The notes under the pieces: model-generated
What the model saw: only the letters and a program-made list of their open reading frames with translations
What the model was told of the DNA's origin: nothing
Databases searched by the model: none
Position numbers and translations under genes: made by a program
Shown here: positions 37,207-47,361 of the stretch, piece by piece
Layout of the letters: every line of letters starts with the position of its first letter
Position numbering within the stretch: the stretch's first letter is position 1
Source of the DNA: a bacterium
Lineage (GTDB): Bacteria > Eisenbacteria > RBG-16-71-46
Length of the DNA stretch: 62,310 bases
Assembly (NCBI GenBank): GCA_043779265.1
Contig: JAYWEM010000128.1
Location: 1 to 62,310, forward strand
Direction: 5' to 3'

Positions 37207-38837
37207 GTCGGCGCTCGCCGGAGGGCGTGCAGCTCGCGCTGCTACGCGGATTCTTCGCGGCAGCCGCCGAGGAGATGGGCTCGACGCTGATGCGAGCGGC
37301 GCACTCGCCCAATATCACCGAACGACTCGATCACTCGTGCGCCGTGTTCGATTCGAGGGCGCGGCTGGTCGCGCAGGCGGCGCACATCCCCGTTCACCTG
37401 GGCTCGATGCCACGCGCGGTGGAAGCGGCGCTCGCGCTCGCGCCGTTCCGGCCCGGCGACGTCGTGCTGCTCAACGATCCCTTCGCCGGCGGCACGCATC
37501 TGCCGGACCTGACACTCGTCTCGCCTGTGTTCCTCGGCCGCGAGCGCACACCCTCGTTCTTCGTGGCGAGCCGTGCCCATCATGCGGATGTCGGCGGCGC
37601 CGCGCCGGGCTCGCTGCCGCTGGCCCGTGAGATCTATGAAGAGGGACTGCGCATCCCACCCGTGTTCCTCCGCCGCGCCGGAGCCACCGACGAGGGATTG
37701 CTCGGTCTGATCCTCGCCAACGTGCGCACGCCGGAGGAACGGCGTGCCGATCTGGCGGCTCAGGTGGCTTCGCAGCGAGCGGGGGAGCTGCGGATCATGG
37801 ATCTCGCCAAGCGGCTCGGCGCCGCTGCGCTCAGGAGCGGCGCCACCGCTTTGCAAGCGGCGACCGAGCGTCAGGCCCGCGCCGCGCTCGCGCGGCTGCC
37901 GAAGGGGCGATGGAGCGCCGAGGATCTGTTGGATGACGACGGCCTCGGCACGCGGGACATCCGGATCGCCTGCACCCTGACGCTCGGGGGCGGCCGCTGC
38001 AGGATCGACTTCACCGAATCCTCGACGCAGGTCGCGGGCCCGCTCAATGCCGTGCGCGCCGTGACGACCGCGGCGTCGCTCTATGCCGTCCGGCTCGTCC
38101 TGGCCGAGGACATCGCCATCGATGACGGGCTGATCCGCTCGATCGAGGTGGTGACGCGTCCCGGAAGCGTCGTCGATCCCCTGCCGCCCTCGGCGGTCGG
38201 GGGCGGCAACGTCGAGACTTCGCAGCGCCTCGTCGACACGGTCCTACGGGCGTTCGCCAAGGCGCTGCCCGGGCGCATGCCGGCGGCGAGCAGCGGCACC
38301 ATGAACAATCTGCTCATCGGCGGCGTCGATCCGAGGACCGGCCTGCCGTTCGCCTACTACGAGACCCTGGGCGGTGGTCACGGTGCGAGCCCCGATCGAG
38401 ATGGCGCGAGCGCGATGCAGGTGCACATGACGAACACGCGCAACACGCCCATCGAGTCGCTCGAGCACGCCTACCCGCTCCGGGTCGAGCGCTACGCGGT
38501 GCGGCGCGGCAGCGGTGGGGCTGGCCTCCAGCGAGGTGGCGATGGCATCGAACGCGCGATCGCGCTCCTCAGCCCGGCCCGGGTCACCGTGATCGCCGAG
38601 CGGCGGACCCGCGGACCCTGGGGGCTCGCGGGCGGTGACGACGGCGCTCCGGGCGAGACGCTTGTACGCTCGGGGCGAACTGGCGGGGCGGCGAGGAAGC
38701 TGAGCCCCAAGTTCACGTTGGACCTCGCCGAAGGCACTGTGCTAACGCTCCGCAGTCCCGGCGGAGGCGGATGGGGTCGCCCACGCAATCGCCAGAGGCG
38801 AGCCAAGACTCGCAAGCCGACAACCGGAGGTCGCTGA
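37203..38837 (+). CDS. Hydantoinase B / 5-oxoprolinase subunit
   Basis: SPNITERLDHSCA, HIPVHLGSM, NDPFAGGTHLPD, HHADVGG, HMTNTRNTP, PGGGGWG. Confidence 0.9.
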   Translation: MSRRSPEGVQLALLRGFFAAAAEEMGSTLMRAAHSPNITERLDHSCAVFDSRARLVAQAAHIPVHLGSMPRAVEAALALAPFRPGDVVLLNDPFAGGTHLPDLTLVSPVFLGRERTPSFFVASRAHHADVGGAAPGSLPLAREIYEEGLRIPPVFLRRAGATDEGLLGLILANVRTPEERRADLAAQVASQRAGELRIMDLAKRLGAAALRSGATALQAATERQARAALARLPKGRWSAEDLLDDDGLGTRDIRIACTLTLGGGRCRIDFTESSTQVAGPLNAVRAVTTAASLYAVRLVLAEDIAIDDGLIRSIEVVTRPGSVVDPLPPSAVGGGNVETSQRLVDTVLRAFAKALPGRMPAASSGTMNNLLIGGVDPRTGLPFAYYETLGGGHGASPDRDGASAMQVHMTNTRNTPIESLEHAYPLRVERYAVRRGSGGAGLQRGGDGIERAIALLSPARVTVIAERRTRGPWGLAGGDDGAPGETLVRSGRTGGAARKLSPKFTLDLAEGTVLTLRSPGGGGWGRPRNRQRRAKTRKPTTGGR

Positions 38838-40066
38838 TGCGCTCGATGTCGCGGGTGTTCACTGTGGTTCTGCTCCTCGCCAGCGCGACTGCGCTCCTGA
38901 CGGCTCGCCCCGCCACGACGGTGCCACTGTTCGCGGCCAAGCAGGGCCTGCAGTGCCAGACCTGCCACTTCGATCCCAACGGCGGCGGGCCCCGCAACGA
39001 GTTCGGATTCGGCTTCGCCAAGAACCGTCACTCGCTCGAGCCCGAGACAGGCGAGTTCGCCGATCTCACGCTGACCAACCGGATCAGCGAGACCTTCCCG
39101 CTCTACGTCGGCGTCAATCAGCGGTTCATGCTGCTGGGCAGCGAGGAGTCGCGCGGCGACGGTCTCGACCGCCTCGGGTTCTTCAACATGGAGAACTCGC
39201 TGCATCTGACGTTCCAGCCGCACTCCAAGCTCACGATGGTGTACTCGCGCGACGGATTCAATGAGGCTTCGCGCAGCCGAGACGCGTTCGGGATGATCAC
39301 GCTGTCACCGCAGCTGTACCTGAAGGCGGGTCAGTTCCGGATCCCGTTCGGCCTCCGCATGGACGACCACACCGTCGCCTCGCGCAATGGCTTCCTCGAC
39401 TTCCAGGGCCAGGGACGCGTGCTGCCGTTCGATCCCCGGACCACGAATCGCGGGCTCGAACTGGGCGGCGAGCATCACAGCATGTTCGCGCGTGCGGCGT
39501 GGACCGAGCATGCCGGGGACAACTCGGGCCCGCTCGGAAGCGGCTCCAAGTCGCAGACGATGACCGCCAAGCTCGGCTACACGATGCCGCAGTATCAAGG
39601 TGGCGTCTCGTTCTTCGATGATTGGAGCGACGAGGATCCCGGCAGCTTCGCCGAGCGATCGCGCGCGACGCGGTGGGGCTACTACGGGATGACCCACCGG
39701 GGGCCGTTCTCGCTGCTCGCCGAAGTCGTGGCGGGCACCGATGAGCTCACGGCCGGCGACCCGATGCTGCCGCCGGTGAAGGTGAACTCGCTCGGCTACT
39801 TCGCCGAACTCGACTACGCCCCGTGGCGGCAGTGGAACTTCCGACTCCGCTACGATCGATTGGAGCTGGATCGCTCGAGCGATCAGCTGCTGCGAGAGGC
39901 CAACAGCTTCACGCGCATGTCGATCGAGGGCGAGTACGTCCCCATGCCGTTCGCCGAGTTGAGGTGGACGCTTCGCTACCTCGATCCCGATCGCAAGGAC
40001 GACGGCTTGGGGAACGAGCCGCCCTCCGAGACGCAGGCGTACCTGCAGTTCCACTTCTCGTATTGA
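38837..40066 (+). CDS. Putative outer-membrane beta-barrel with N-terminal c-type heme motif
   Basis: Signal peptide, PLFAAKQGLQCQTCH, alternating beta-strand pattern, C-terminal YLQFHFSY aromatic beta-signal. Confidence 0.7.
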   Translation: MRSMSRVFTVVLLLASATALLTARPATTVPLFAAKQGLQCQTCHFDPNGGGPRNEFGFGFAKNRHSLEPETGEFADLTLTNRISETFPLYVGVNQRFMLLGSEESRGDGLDRLGFFNMENSLHLTFQPHSKLTMVYSRDGFNEASRSRDAFGMITLSPQLYLKAGQFRIPFGLRMDDHTVASRNGFLDFQGQGRVLPFDPRTTNRGLELGGEHHSMFARAAWTEHAGDNSGPLGSGSKSQTMTAKLGYTMPQYQGGVSFFDDWSDEDPGSFAERSRATRWGYYGMTHRGPFSLLAEVVAGTDELTAGDPMLPPVKVNSLGYFAELDYAPWRQWNFRLRYDRLELDRSSDQLLREANSFTRMSIEGEYVPMPFAELRWTLRYLDPDRKDDGLGNEPPSETQAYLQFHFSY

Positions 40067-40084
40067 GGCGGAACGTAGGGGCGA

Positions 40085-41497
40085 TCAGGCGGGGGCGGCG
40101 GCGAGCCGCCTCGCCACGACCCTGCGGGTGAGCGGCGTGCAGTCGGCCGCCGACAACCGCAGCGCGGCCTCGGGCACCAGAGCGAGGAAGGCATCGTTCT
40201 GGAGCCCGACGAGCGCGGTCGGCGTCGTGGCGCACTGCCGCTTCAGCTCGGCGATGCGTTCGGCGGTGAGAGGCACGCGCGAGGCGATGGCGATGATCTG
40301 CCAGGAGGCCGCGCCCTCGCTCACCTCGAGGCCGGCCGTCCGCAGCGAGTCGGCGAACGACTCGCCATGGGCGAAGCCCGGGGCCTCGACTCGCACCGGA
40401 CCCGGGGCGGGTCGGCGACCCTCGCTCAGCAGCCCGCGCTCGATGATGCCCGTGAGCCGCTTCTCCCAATCCGCTGGCGTCAGGCGTTCGATCGGCAGGC
40501 TGAGGTCGTCTCGGTCCGGCTCGGGATGGGCCCGGTCGAACGCCGCGAGCCTCGGGCGCGTGGCCTCGAAGCGCGCGCGGTCGATGTGGCCATCGACGAG
40601 CGCGTCGGCCAACTCCAATCGCGCGCGGCGCACGCCCTCGTTCCAGTGAGCGTGCAGGAGCAGATCGGCGCCGGCAGCGAGCGCGGCCAGACTGGTCTCG
40701 GCCGGCGTGCGGCCCTCGGCGGCCCCCTGCATCTCGAGCGCGTCGGTGACGCAGATGCCCTCGTAGTGGAGTTGCTCACGCAGCAAGGTGGTGAGCACCG
40801 CGGGTGAGAAGGTTCCGGCTCGCTCCGCGTCGAGCGCTGGGTAGACGACATGCGCGCTCATGACGCTGTCGGCCTCTCTCAGATCCCGGAAGGGCGCCAG
40901 TTCGCGAGCCATCAGCGTCGCGAGATCGGCCCGGCAGACGGGCAGGGTCAGATGCGAGTCGCGCTCGGTGTCGCCGTGTCCGGGGAAGTGCTTCAAGCAC
41001 GAGGCGACCCGACCACGTCGGAAGCCCGTGAGCACCTCGCGCAGGGCCGCCGTGACGGCCCCCGGCGTCGAGCCGTGCGCTCTCGGTCCGATGACCGGGT
41101 TCATCGGCTCGCTGTGGACATCGGCGACCGGTGCGAAGTCCCAGTCGAATCCGAGTGCGCGCAGCCGCCTCGCCGTCCACTCGGAGACGAACGCGAGATC
41201 GCCCGGCGAGGCGCCGCGCGTGAGCAGCGCGGCGTTCGGGGGAACCGTCAGATGGCCCGCCAACTGCGAGACCCAGCCGCCCTCCTCGTCGAGCGCGATG
41301 AACAAGCGGCGCGGTCGCGCGAGTGCGCGCAGATGGAGCGTGAGTCGACGGAGATCCTCGAGGTCGCGGAAGTCGCGCGCGAACACGATGACGCCAGCGG
41401 GCGGGAACATGGCGAAATCCTTCTCCCAGCGGGCATCCAGCCCCTCGGGAGGCAGACCGATCACCAGTCGCCGTGCGATGCCGCGCTGTCCGTCCAT
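40085..41497 (-). CDS. nagZ: Beta-N-acetylhexosaminidase (GH3, NagZ-like)
   Basis: DEEGGWV, FAPVADV, NPVIGPR, KHFPGHGDTERDSH, TDALEM. Confidence 0.85.
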   Translation of the reverse strand: MDGQRGIARRLVIGLPPEGLDARWEKDFAMFPPAGVIVFARDFRDLEDLRRLTLHLRALARPRRLFIALDEEGGWVSQLAGHLTVPPNAALLTRGASPGDLAFVSEWTARRLRALGFDWDFAPVADVHSEPMNPVIGPRAHGSTPGAVTAALREVLTGFRRGRVASCLKHFPGHGDTERDSHLTLPVCRADLATLMARELAPFRDLREADSVMSAHVVYPALDAERAGTFSPAVLTTLLREQLHYEGICVTDALEMQGAAEGRTPAETSLAALAAGADLLLHAHWNEGVRRARLELADALVDGHIDRARFEATRPRLAAFDRAHPEPDRDDLSLPIERLTPADWEKRLTGIIERGLLSEGRRPAPGPVRVEAPGFAHGESFADSLRTAGLEVSEGAASWQIIAIASRVPLTAERIAELKRQCATTPTALVGLQNDAFLALVPEAALRLSAADCTPLTRRVVARRLAAAPA

Positions 41498-41506
41498 GAG
41501 CGAGGG

Positions 41507-41535
41507 AAGGTGCGCGAGCGTCCGGAGGGTGTCAA
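41507..41535 (-). promoter_or_regulatory. Putative sigma70 promoter (near-leaderless) of nagZ
   Basis: Minus strand TTGACA-N17-CACCTT-N9-ATG, no SD. Confidence 0.5.
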
Positions 41536-41665
41536 CGCGGTGCGTCCGTCGCCGCATCCGCCCCGTCGGTGCGAGTGGGCGATTGGGTCGGGACTCCCGG
41601 ACCGCTAGACTGCGTACGGCATCAGACTAGGACACGCTGTGCGATCCGCTGCGCCAAGAGGGGCC

Positions 41666-42850
41666 ATGGCCATTCGCGTCTCCCAGAAGAGCCTTCGCTT
41701 CACCGAGTCGGTCATCCGCGAGATGACCCGGCTGGCGAACGCCCATGGCGCGGTCAACCTGTCGCAGGGCTTCCCGGACTTCGCGGCCCCCGAGCCGATC
41801 AAGGCCGAGGCGGCCCGTGCGGTGATGGCGGATGTGAATCAGTACGCGATCACCTGGGGCGCCAAGCGGCTGCGCGATGCGCTCGTCGAGAAGCACGAGC
41901 GTGTGACGGGCCTCGCCTACGATCCCGAGCGCGAGGTCGTCGTGTGCTGCGGCTCGACCGAGTGCATGGCGGCGACGCTGTTGGCGCTGGTCGATCCGGG
42001 CGACGAGGTCGTGGTGTTCGAGCCGTTCTACGAGAACTACGGGCCCGATGCCATCCTGTGTGGCGCGACGCCTCGCTTCGTCCGGTTGCGCGAACCTGAC
42101 TGGTCGTTCGATCCCGACGAACTGAGAGCGGCCTTCAACCCGAAAACGCGCGCCATCATCGTCAACACGCCCAACAATCCGACCGGCAAGGTGTTCACGC
42201 GTGCCGAGCTCGAGTTCATCGCCTCGCTCTGCCGCGAGCACGATGTGGTGTGCATCACCGATGAGATCTACGAGCACATCGTCTACGAGGGGGCCGAGCA
42301 CGTTCCGATGGCGACGCTCGAGGGCATGCGCGAGCGCACGGTGACGCTCTCGGGGCTCAGCAAGACCTGGAGCCTGACCGGTTGGCGGATCGGTTGGTGC
42401 CTGGGCCCACCCGAGATCGTCCATGCCATCCGCAAGGTCCATGATTTCCTCACGGTCGGCGCGCCCGCGCCGCTTCAGGAGGCGGCCGCCGTCGCCCTGC
42501 AGATGCCGCCGGAGTACTACGCCAAACTGGCCGATGACTACCGCCAGCGGCGGGACTTCCTGGTCCCGGCGCTCGAGCAGGCCGGCTTCGGGGTGTTCGC
42601 TCCCCGAGGCGCCTACTATGTGATGACCGATATCTCCTCCTTCGGTTTCTCCGACGACGTCACCTTCGCTCGCTTCCTGGTGAGCGAGGTGGGGGTCGCC
42701 GGCGTGCCGGGGTCCAGTTTCTATTCCGATCCCGCTTCGGGTCGACAGCGGTTGCGATTCCACTTCGCACGCCGCCGCGAGACGCTCGAAGCCGCAGTCG
42801 AACGACTGCAACACCTGCGGTCGCGCGCCAGCGCGGCCCGAACGCACTGA
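41666..42850 (+). CDS. Class I/II PLP-dependent aminotransferase
   Basis: NLSQGFPDF, NTPNNPTGKV, DEIYEH, SKTWSLTGWRIGW. Confidence 0.9.
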   Translation: MAIRVSQKSLRFTESVIREMTRLANAHGAVNLSQGFPDFAAPEPIKAEAARAVMADVNQYAITWGAKRLRDALVEKHERVTGLAYDPEREVVVCCGSTECMAATLLALVDPGDEVVVFEPFYENYGPDAILCGATPRFVRLREPDWSFDPDELRAAFNPKTRAIIVNTPNNPTGKVFTRAELEFIASLCREHDVVCITDEIYEHIVYEGAEHVPMATLEGMRERTVTLSGLSKTWSLTGWRIGWCLGPPEIVHAIRKVHDFLTVGAPAPLQEAAAVALQMPPEYYAKLADDYRQRRDFLVPALEQAGFGVFAPRGAYYVMTDISSFGFSDDVTFARFLVSEVGVAGVPGSSFYSDPASGRQRLRFHFARRRETLEAAVERLQHLRSRASAARTH

Positions 42851-42867
42851 ACCGGGGGACTGCCTCC

Positions 42868-44481
42868 ATGAGCAAGAACCGTCGATCACCCCTCGGCCCG
42901 CTGACCGTCGCCATGGGGCTCTCGCTGCTCCTCGGCTTCGGTGTGGCCCGGGCGCTCAACGCACGCGACGACCTGCGCAGTCAGCTCGACCTGTTCTCAC
43001 AGGTGCTCTACCTGGTGCAGAACCACTACGTCGACCCGCCCGACAACGAGAAGATCATGAAGGGCGCGATCGACGGCATGCTGAAGACGCTCGATCCGCA
43101 CACGCAGTTCCTGCCGACCCAGCGCGCCCAGCAGATGGACGAGCAGTTCCACGGGGAGTACTCGGGAATCGGCGTCCAGTTCGACATCATCGACAACAAG
43201 ATCGTCGTCGTGGCCCCGCTCGAGGGAACGCCGTCGTACCGACTCGGCATCCGCGCCGGCGACAGGATCGTCGAGATCGACGGCAAGCCGCTCAAGGCCA
43301 ACCTGGCCAACGACGACGTGCTGAAGGCGCTGCGCGGGCCCGACGGCAGCACGGTGGCGGTGACCATCGAACGCACCGATGAGCCCGAGCCGCTGCACTA
43401 CACGATCCAGCGCGCCAAGATCCCGATCGAGAGCATCCCGTACGCCTACATGATCCGTCCGGGCGTCGGCTACGTTCGTGTGATCCGCTTCGCGCAGACG
43501 ACCGGGGACGAGCTCGAGACCGCGATCACCAAGCTCAAGGCCCAGGGCATGAAGAGCCTGCTGCTCGACCTGCGTTCCAACACCGGTGGGTTGCTGTCGC
43601 AGGCGGTGGACGTGCTCGACCAGTTGGTGCCCGAGAGCAAGAAGCTCGTCTACACGCGCGGCCGCATCCCGTCCGCCAATGCCGACTACTACAGCACCGG
43701 CCGGGCCGGGAAGTGGACCGACGGGCCGCTCGTCGTGCTGATCGATCACGGCAGCGCATCGGCCAGCGAGATCGTGGCGGGAGCGGTGCAGGATCTCGAT
43801 CGCGGCCTCGTCGTCGGGCTCAACTCGTTCGGCAAGGGGCTGGTGCAGAACCAGCTCAACATGAGCGAGGGCAAGCTCCTGCTGACCGTGGCGCGCTACT
43901 ACACACCGAGCGGCCGCAGCATCCAGCGTCCCTACGACAAGGGGCTCGAGGAGTACCAGGTCGAGGCGTTCCAGGAGGATGTGCCCTCGGACTCGGCGCT
44001 CCAGGCACGGCCCAAGCACAAGACCGGAGCCGGCCGCACCGTGTATGGCGGCGGCGGCATCTATCCCGACGTGCCGATCAAGGAGCCCGAGAACCTGACG
44101 CGCGCCGAGATCGACATGTTGAACAAGCGCGTGTTCTTCGAGTTCTCGACGGCCTACGTCAGCAAGCACAAGAACACGAAGTGGACGGCCGACTCGTTCT
44201 CTCGCGAGAAGTTCACCATGACCGACGCGGACTGGGCGAACCTGCGGGGCGTGATGGACGTGCGGAAGGTCGTCGCCAGCGACTCGACGTTCCAGGCCGA
44301 GAAGCCGTTCATGCTGCGGCAGGTGCGGGCCGACCTGGCCAGCGCGACACTCGGCTCCCTGGCACGCTACCGCATCGCGATCGAGGACGATGCCCAGCTG
44401 AACACCGCCCTCGAGATGTTCCCCCAGGCGCAGAAGCTGATGTCCAGCGCGATCGAGACGCAGAAGAACTCAGCGCGCTGA
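42868..44481 (+). CDS. S41 carboxyl-terminal processing protease (CtpA/Prc-like) with PDZ
   Basis: LDPHT, GIGVQF, LDLRSNTGGLL, SASASEIVAGA, FGKGLVQ, ARYYTPSGR. Confidence 0.92.
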   Translation: MSKNRRSPLGPLTVAMGLSLLLGFGVARALNARDDLRSQLDLFSQVLYLVQNHYVDPPDNEKIMKGAIDGMLKTLDPHTQFLPTQRAQQMDEQFHGEYSGIGVQFDIIDNKIVVVAPLEGTPSYRLGIRAGDRIVEIDGKPLKANLANDDVLKALRGPDGSTVAVTIERTDEPEPLHYTIQRAKIPIESIPYAYMIRPGVGYVRVIRFAQTTGDELETAITKLKAQGMKSLLLDLRSNTGGLLSQAVDVLDQLVPESKKLVYTRGRIPSANADYYSTGRAGKWTDGPLVVLIDHGSASASEIVAGAVQDLDRGLVVGLNSFGKGLVQNQLNMSEGKLLLTVARYYTPSGRSIQRPYDKGLEEYQVEAFQEDVPSDSALQARPKHKTGAGRTVYGGGGIYPDVPIKEPENLTRAEIDMLNKRVFFEFSTAYVSKHKNTKWTADSFSREKFTMTDADWANLRGVMDVRKVVASDSTFQAEKPFMLRQVRADLASATLGSLARYRIAIEDDAQLNTALEMFPQAQKLMSSAIETQKNSAR

Positions 44482-44494
44482 ACCTTCGCACCAC

Positions 44495-44543
44495 GACATG
44501 ACGGAGCCCCGGCGGGTAGTGGCAGCCGGGGCTCTGTCATGTC
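44495..44543. terminator. 19-bp inverted repeat hairpin
   Basis: GACATGACGGAGCCCCGGC...GCCGGGGCTCTGTCATGTC (one G-U) right after the protease gene. Confidence 0.6.
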
Positions 44544-44678
44544 CATGGGACTCGAGGAAGGGTCCGGCCGGCCGAAAGGGAGGCGGAACACCCTGCGGAC
44601 AACCGCCCGACGCAGGAGTAGATTCGGGCCCATCCCCCGCGACTGCGCCGATCCGGCGCGCCCATGAGGAACATTCCC

Positions 44679-45251
44679 ATGCGACTTCCGACACTCCTCG
44701 CATCCGTTCTCGCGTCGTCACTTCTCGCGGGTTCGGCCGTCTCGGCGCCCAAGGACTGGATCCTGGCGGGCAGCGCGCCGCAGGACTACACCATCTCGCT
44801 GGATCACGCTGCACCCCACTCCGGCAAGGCGAGCGCTCTCCTGGCCGCAAAGGGCGAGCCCACCAAGGGGTTCGGGACGTTGATGCAGATGACGGAGGCG
44901 GGCACGTTCGTCGGCAAGCGGGTCCGATTCACGGCGCAGATCCGAGCCCAGGCTGTCTCGGATTGGGCGGGCCTGTGGTTCCGCGTCGATGGTGAGAAGG
45001 CGTCCTCGCTCGCGTTCGACAACATGCAGGATCGTCCGATCAAGGGGGACTCGGGCTGGACGTCCTACAGCATCGTGCTCGACGTGCCGAAGGAGGCAGC
45101 CGCTCTCGCCTTCGGTGTGCTGCTGAGTGGCTCGGGCAAGGTGTGGATCGACTCCGCTCGCTTCGAGGTCGTGGACCAGTCCGTGGCGACGACCGGAGCG
45201 CCGAAGCACATTAACCCACCATCACCCACGAACCTCGACTTCGAGCAGTAG
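44679..45251 (+). CDS. Exported hypothetical protein (beta-sandwich domain)
   Basis: Signal peptide; FGTLMQ, WAGLWFRVDG, FDNMQDRPIKG, FGVLLSGSGKVW, PTNLDFE; codon usage consistent with real genes. Confidence 0.7.
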   Translation: MRLPTLLASVLASSLLAGSAVSAPKDWILAGSAPQDYTISLDHAAPHSGKASALLAAKGEPTKGFGTLMQMTEAGTFVGKRVRFTAQIRAQAVSDWAGLWFRVDGEKASSLAFDNMQDRPIKGDSGWTSYSIVLDVPKEAAALAFGVLLSGSGKVWIDSARFEVVDQSVATTGAPKHINPPSPTNLDFEQ

Positions 45252-45267
45252 CGTTCGGCCGAGCGCC

Positions 45268-47340
45268 TCAGCGCGCCGGATTCGCGTCCTGTCGGCCGAG
45301 CGTCGTCAGGATCCACGCGTAGTCGAATGCCACCTCGCGCAGCGCGTCGTAGCGCCCGCTGGCGCCGCCGTGTCCGGCTCCCATGTTGATGCGGAACAGG
45401 AGTGGGTTGCGATCGGTCTTGAGCGTCCGGAGCCGCGCCACGTACTTGGCGGGCTCCCAGAAGCCGACCTGCGAGTCGTTGAGCCCCGTTTTGACGAGCA
45501 TCGCCGGATACTCGCGTTTCGCGAGGTTGTCATAGGGGGAGTAGGCGCGGATCCAGCCATAGTGCTCGGGGTTGCGCGGGTCGCCCCACTCCTCGTACTC
45601 GCCGACCGTCAGCGGGAGCTGGTCATCGAGCATGGTGTGGACCACGTCCACGAACGGCACCTGCGTGAGCACGCCCTTCCACAGGTCGGGGCGCAGGTTC
45701 ACCACTGCGCCCATCAGCAGGCCGCCCGCGCTGCCGCCCTGGATCACCATGCGATCGCTCGACGTGATCCGCTCGGAGACCAGATGTTCTCCGCAGGCGA
45801 TGAAGTCAGTGAACGAGTTCATCTTCTTCGCCATGCGTCCATCGTCATGCCACTTCTGGCCGCGGTCGGCGCCGCCGCGGATGTGCGCGATCGCATAGAC
45901 GACGCCACGATCGACGAGGCTGAAGCGGCTGGGGCTGAAGGCGACGTTGCCCGAGATGCCGTAGGCGCCATAGCCGTAGAGGAGGCAGGGGGCGGATCCG
46001 TCGCGCGGCGTGCCCTTGGCGTAGAGCAGCGTGATGGGCACCGATGCCCCGTCGGCGGCCGTGGCGGCGAGGCGCTCGATGACGTAGCGCGAGCCGTCGT
46101 AGCCGCCCAGCACGGGCTGACGCTTGAGCAGCGTGGAACCCAGCGTGGCGAGGTCCAGGTCGAACACGCTCGATGGGGTGACGAACGACTGGTAGGTGTA
46201 GCGGAAGCGCGAGGCGGAGAACTGCTCATTGACGCCCATGCTCACGAGATAGGCCGCCTCATCGAAGCGAACCCGGCGCCGCTCGTGTGTGCTGGGGTCG
46301 AGCACGACCAGATGCGGTAGTGCGTCCTCTCGCTCGCCCAGCACGATGTGGTCCTCGAAGCACGCGACCCAGCCGAGCGTGATGGTGTCGCGATGCGGCA
46401 GGACCTCGACCCAGTGGTCGGGACCAGGAGTGATCACTGGGGCCGTCACCAAGCGGAATTCGCGACCGCGATCGCTGACGCGGATCCAGAACCGATCACC
46501 GCGATGGTCGAGGTCGTACTCGATGTTCTGGCGGCGCGGGGCCACCAGCACGAAGGCGTCAGACGGCTTGGCCGCGGGCAGCACGCTGGCCTCGCTGGTC
46601 GTGTGGCTGCCCGCCGCGAAGATGATCCACTCGCCGCTGCGGGTCAGTCCGACCGTGACACTGAAGCGCTCGTCCGCTTCCTCGGTGACCAGCGTATGCG
46701 AGACGCCGTCGACGGTCGTCCGGTACAGCCGGTGGGAGCGTTTGGTGACCTCATCCTCCTGCGTGTAGAGGAGGGTGTGGCCGTCGGCGGCCCACGCGAT
46801 CGACGTCACGCGTTCGGCGCTCACCCCGCGCTCGGTGCCGGACTCGAGGTCGCGCACGTGCAGGACGTACTGGCGATAGCCGGTCGAATCGGTCGTGTAG
46901 GCGAGCAGCCTGCCATCGGGGCACACCTCGAAGTCGCCGACCGCCATGAACGTGTGTCCCTCGGCGAGTGCGTTCACGTCGAGGATCACGTGCTCGGCGG
47001 CATCCGCCGAGCCGCGCTTGCGACAGTGCACCGGGTACTGCTGACCCTCGATCGTACGCGTGTAGTAGAGCCAGTCACCTTTGGCGTAGGGCACCGACAG
47101 ATCGGTCTGCTGGATGCGGCCGAGCATCTCGTCGAAAAGCGCGGACTGGAACGCTTTGGAGTCCTCGGTCACCGAATCCGTGTAGGTGTTCTCCGCCTCG
47201 AGATGGGCGATGACTCGCGGGTCCGATCGATCACGCATCCATCCGTACTCGTCGGTGCGGTTCTCGCCGTGAAGCGTCGCGGCGACCGGGCGCATCTCGG
47301 CCGTCGGGGGCTTGGGGCTGGCAGTGGCGTCAAGGGTCAT
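45268..47340 (-). CDS. ptrB: Oligopeptidase B (S9A)
   Basis: YGYGAYG, AHIRGG, GGSAGGLL, EYEEWGDP, DSQVGFWEPAK, GHGGASGR. Confidence 0.92.
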   Translation of the reverse strand: MTLDATASPKPPTAEMRPVAATLHGENRTDEYGWMRDRSDPRVIAHLEAENTYTDSVTEDSKAFQSALFDEMLGRIQQTDLSVPYAKGDWLYYTRTIEGQQYPVHCRKRGSADAAEHVILDVNALAEGHTFMAVGDFEVCPDGRLLAYTTDSTGYRQYVLHVRDLESGTERGVSAERVTSIAWAADGHTLLYTQEDEVTKRSHRLYRTTVDGVSHTLVTEEADERFSVTVGLTRSGEWIIFAAGSHTTSEASVLPAAKPSDAFVLVAPRRQNIEYDLDHRGDRFWIRVSDRGREFRLVTAPVITPGPDHWVEVLPHRDTITLGWVACFEDHIVLGEREDALPHLVVLDPSTHERRRVRFDEAAYLVSMGVNEQFSASRFRYTYQSFVTPSSVFDLDLATLGSTLLKRQPVLGGYDGSRYVIERLAATAADGASVPITLLYAKGTPRDGSAPCLLYGYGAYGISGNVAFSPSRFSLVDRGVVYAIAHIRGGADRGQKWHDDGRMAKKMNSFTDFIACGEHLVSERITSSDRMVIQGGSAGGLLMGAVVNLRPDLWKGVLTQVPFVDVVHTMLDDQLPLTVGEYEEWGDPRNPEHYGWIRAYSPYDNLAKREYPAMLVKTGLNDSQVGFWEPAKYVARLRTLKTDRNPLLFRINMGAGHGGASGRYDALREVAFDYAWILTTLGRQDANPAR

Positions 47341-47361
47341 GAGGAGGAGTCCCCGGTCGGA

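Noticed and set aside
44550-44640. GAGGAAGGGTCCGG segment reminiscent of the RNase P RNA 5' motif
   Set aside because: The gap is far too short and the other conserved RNase P elements are missing.
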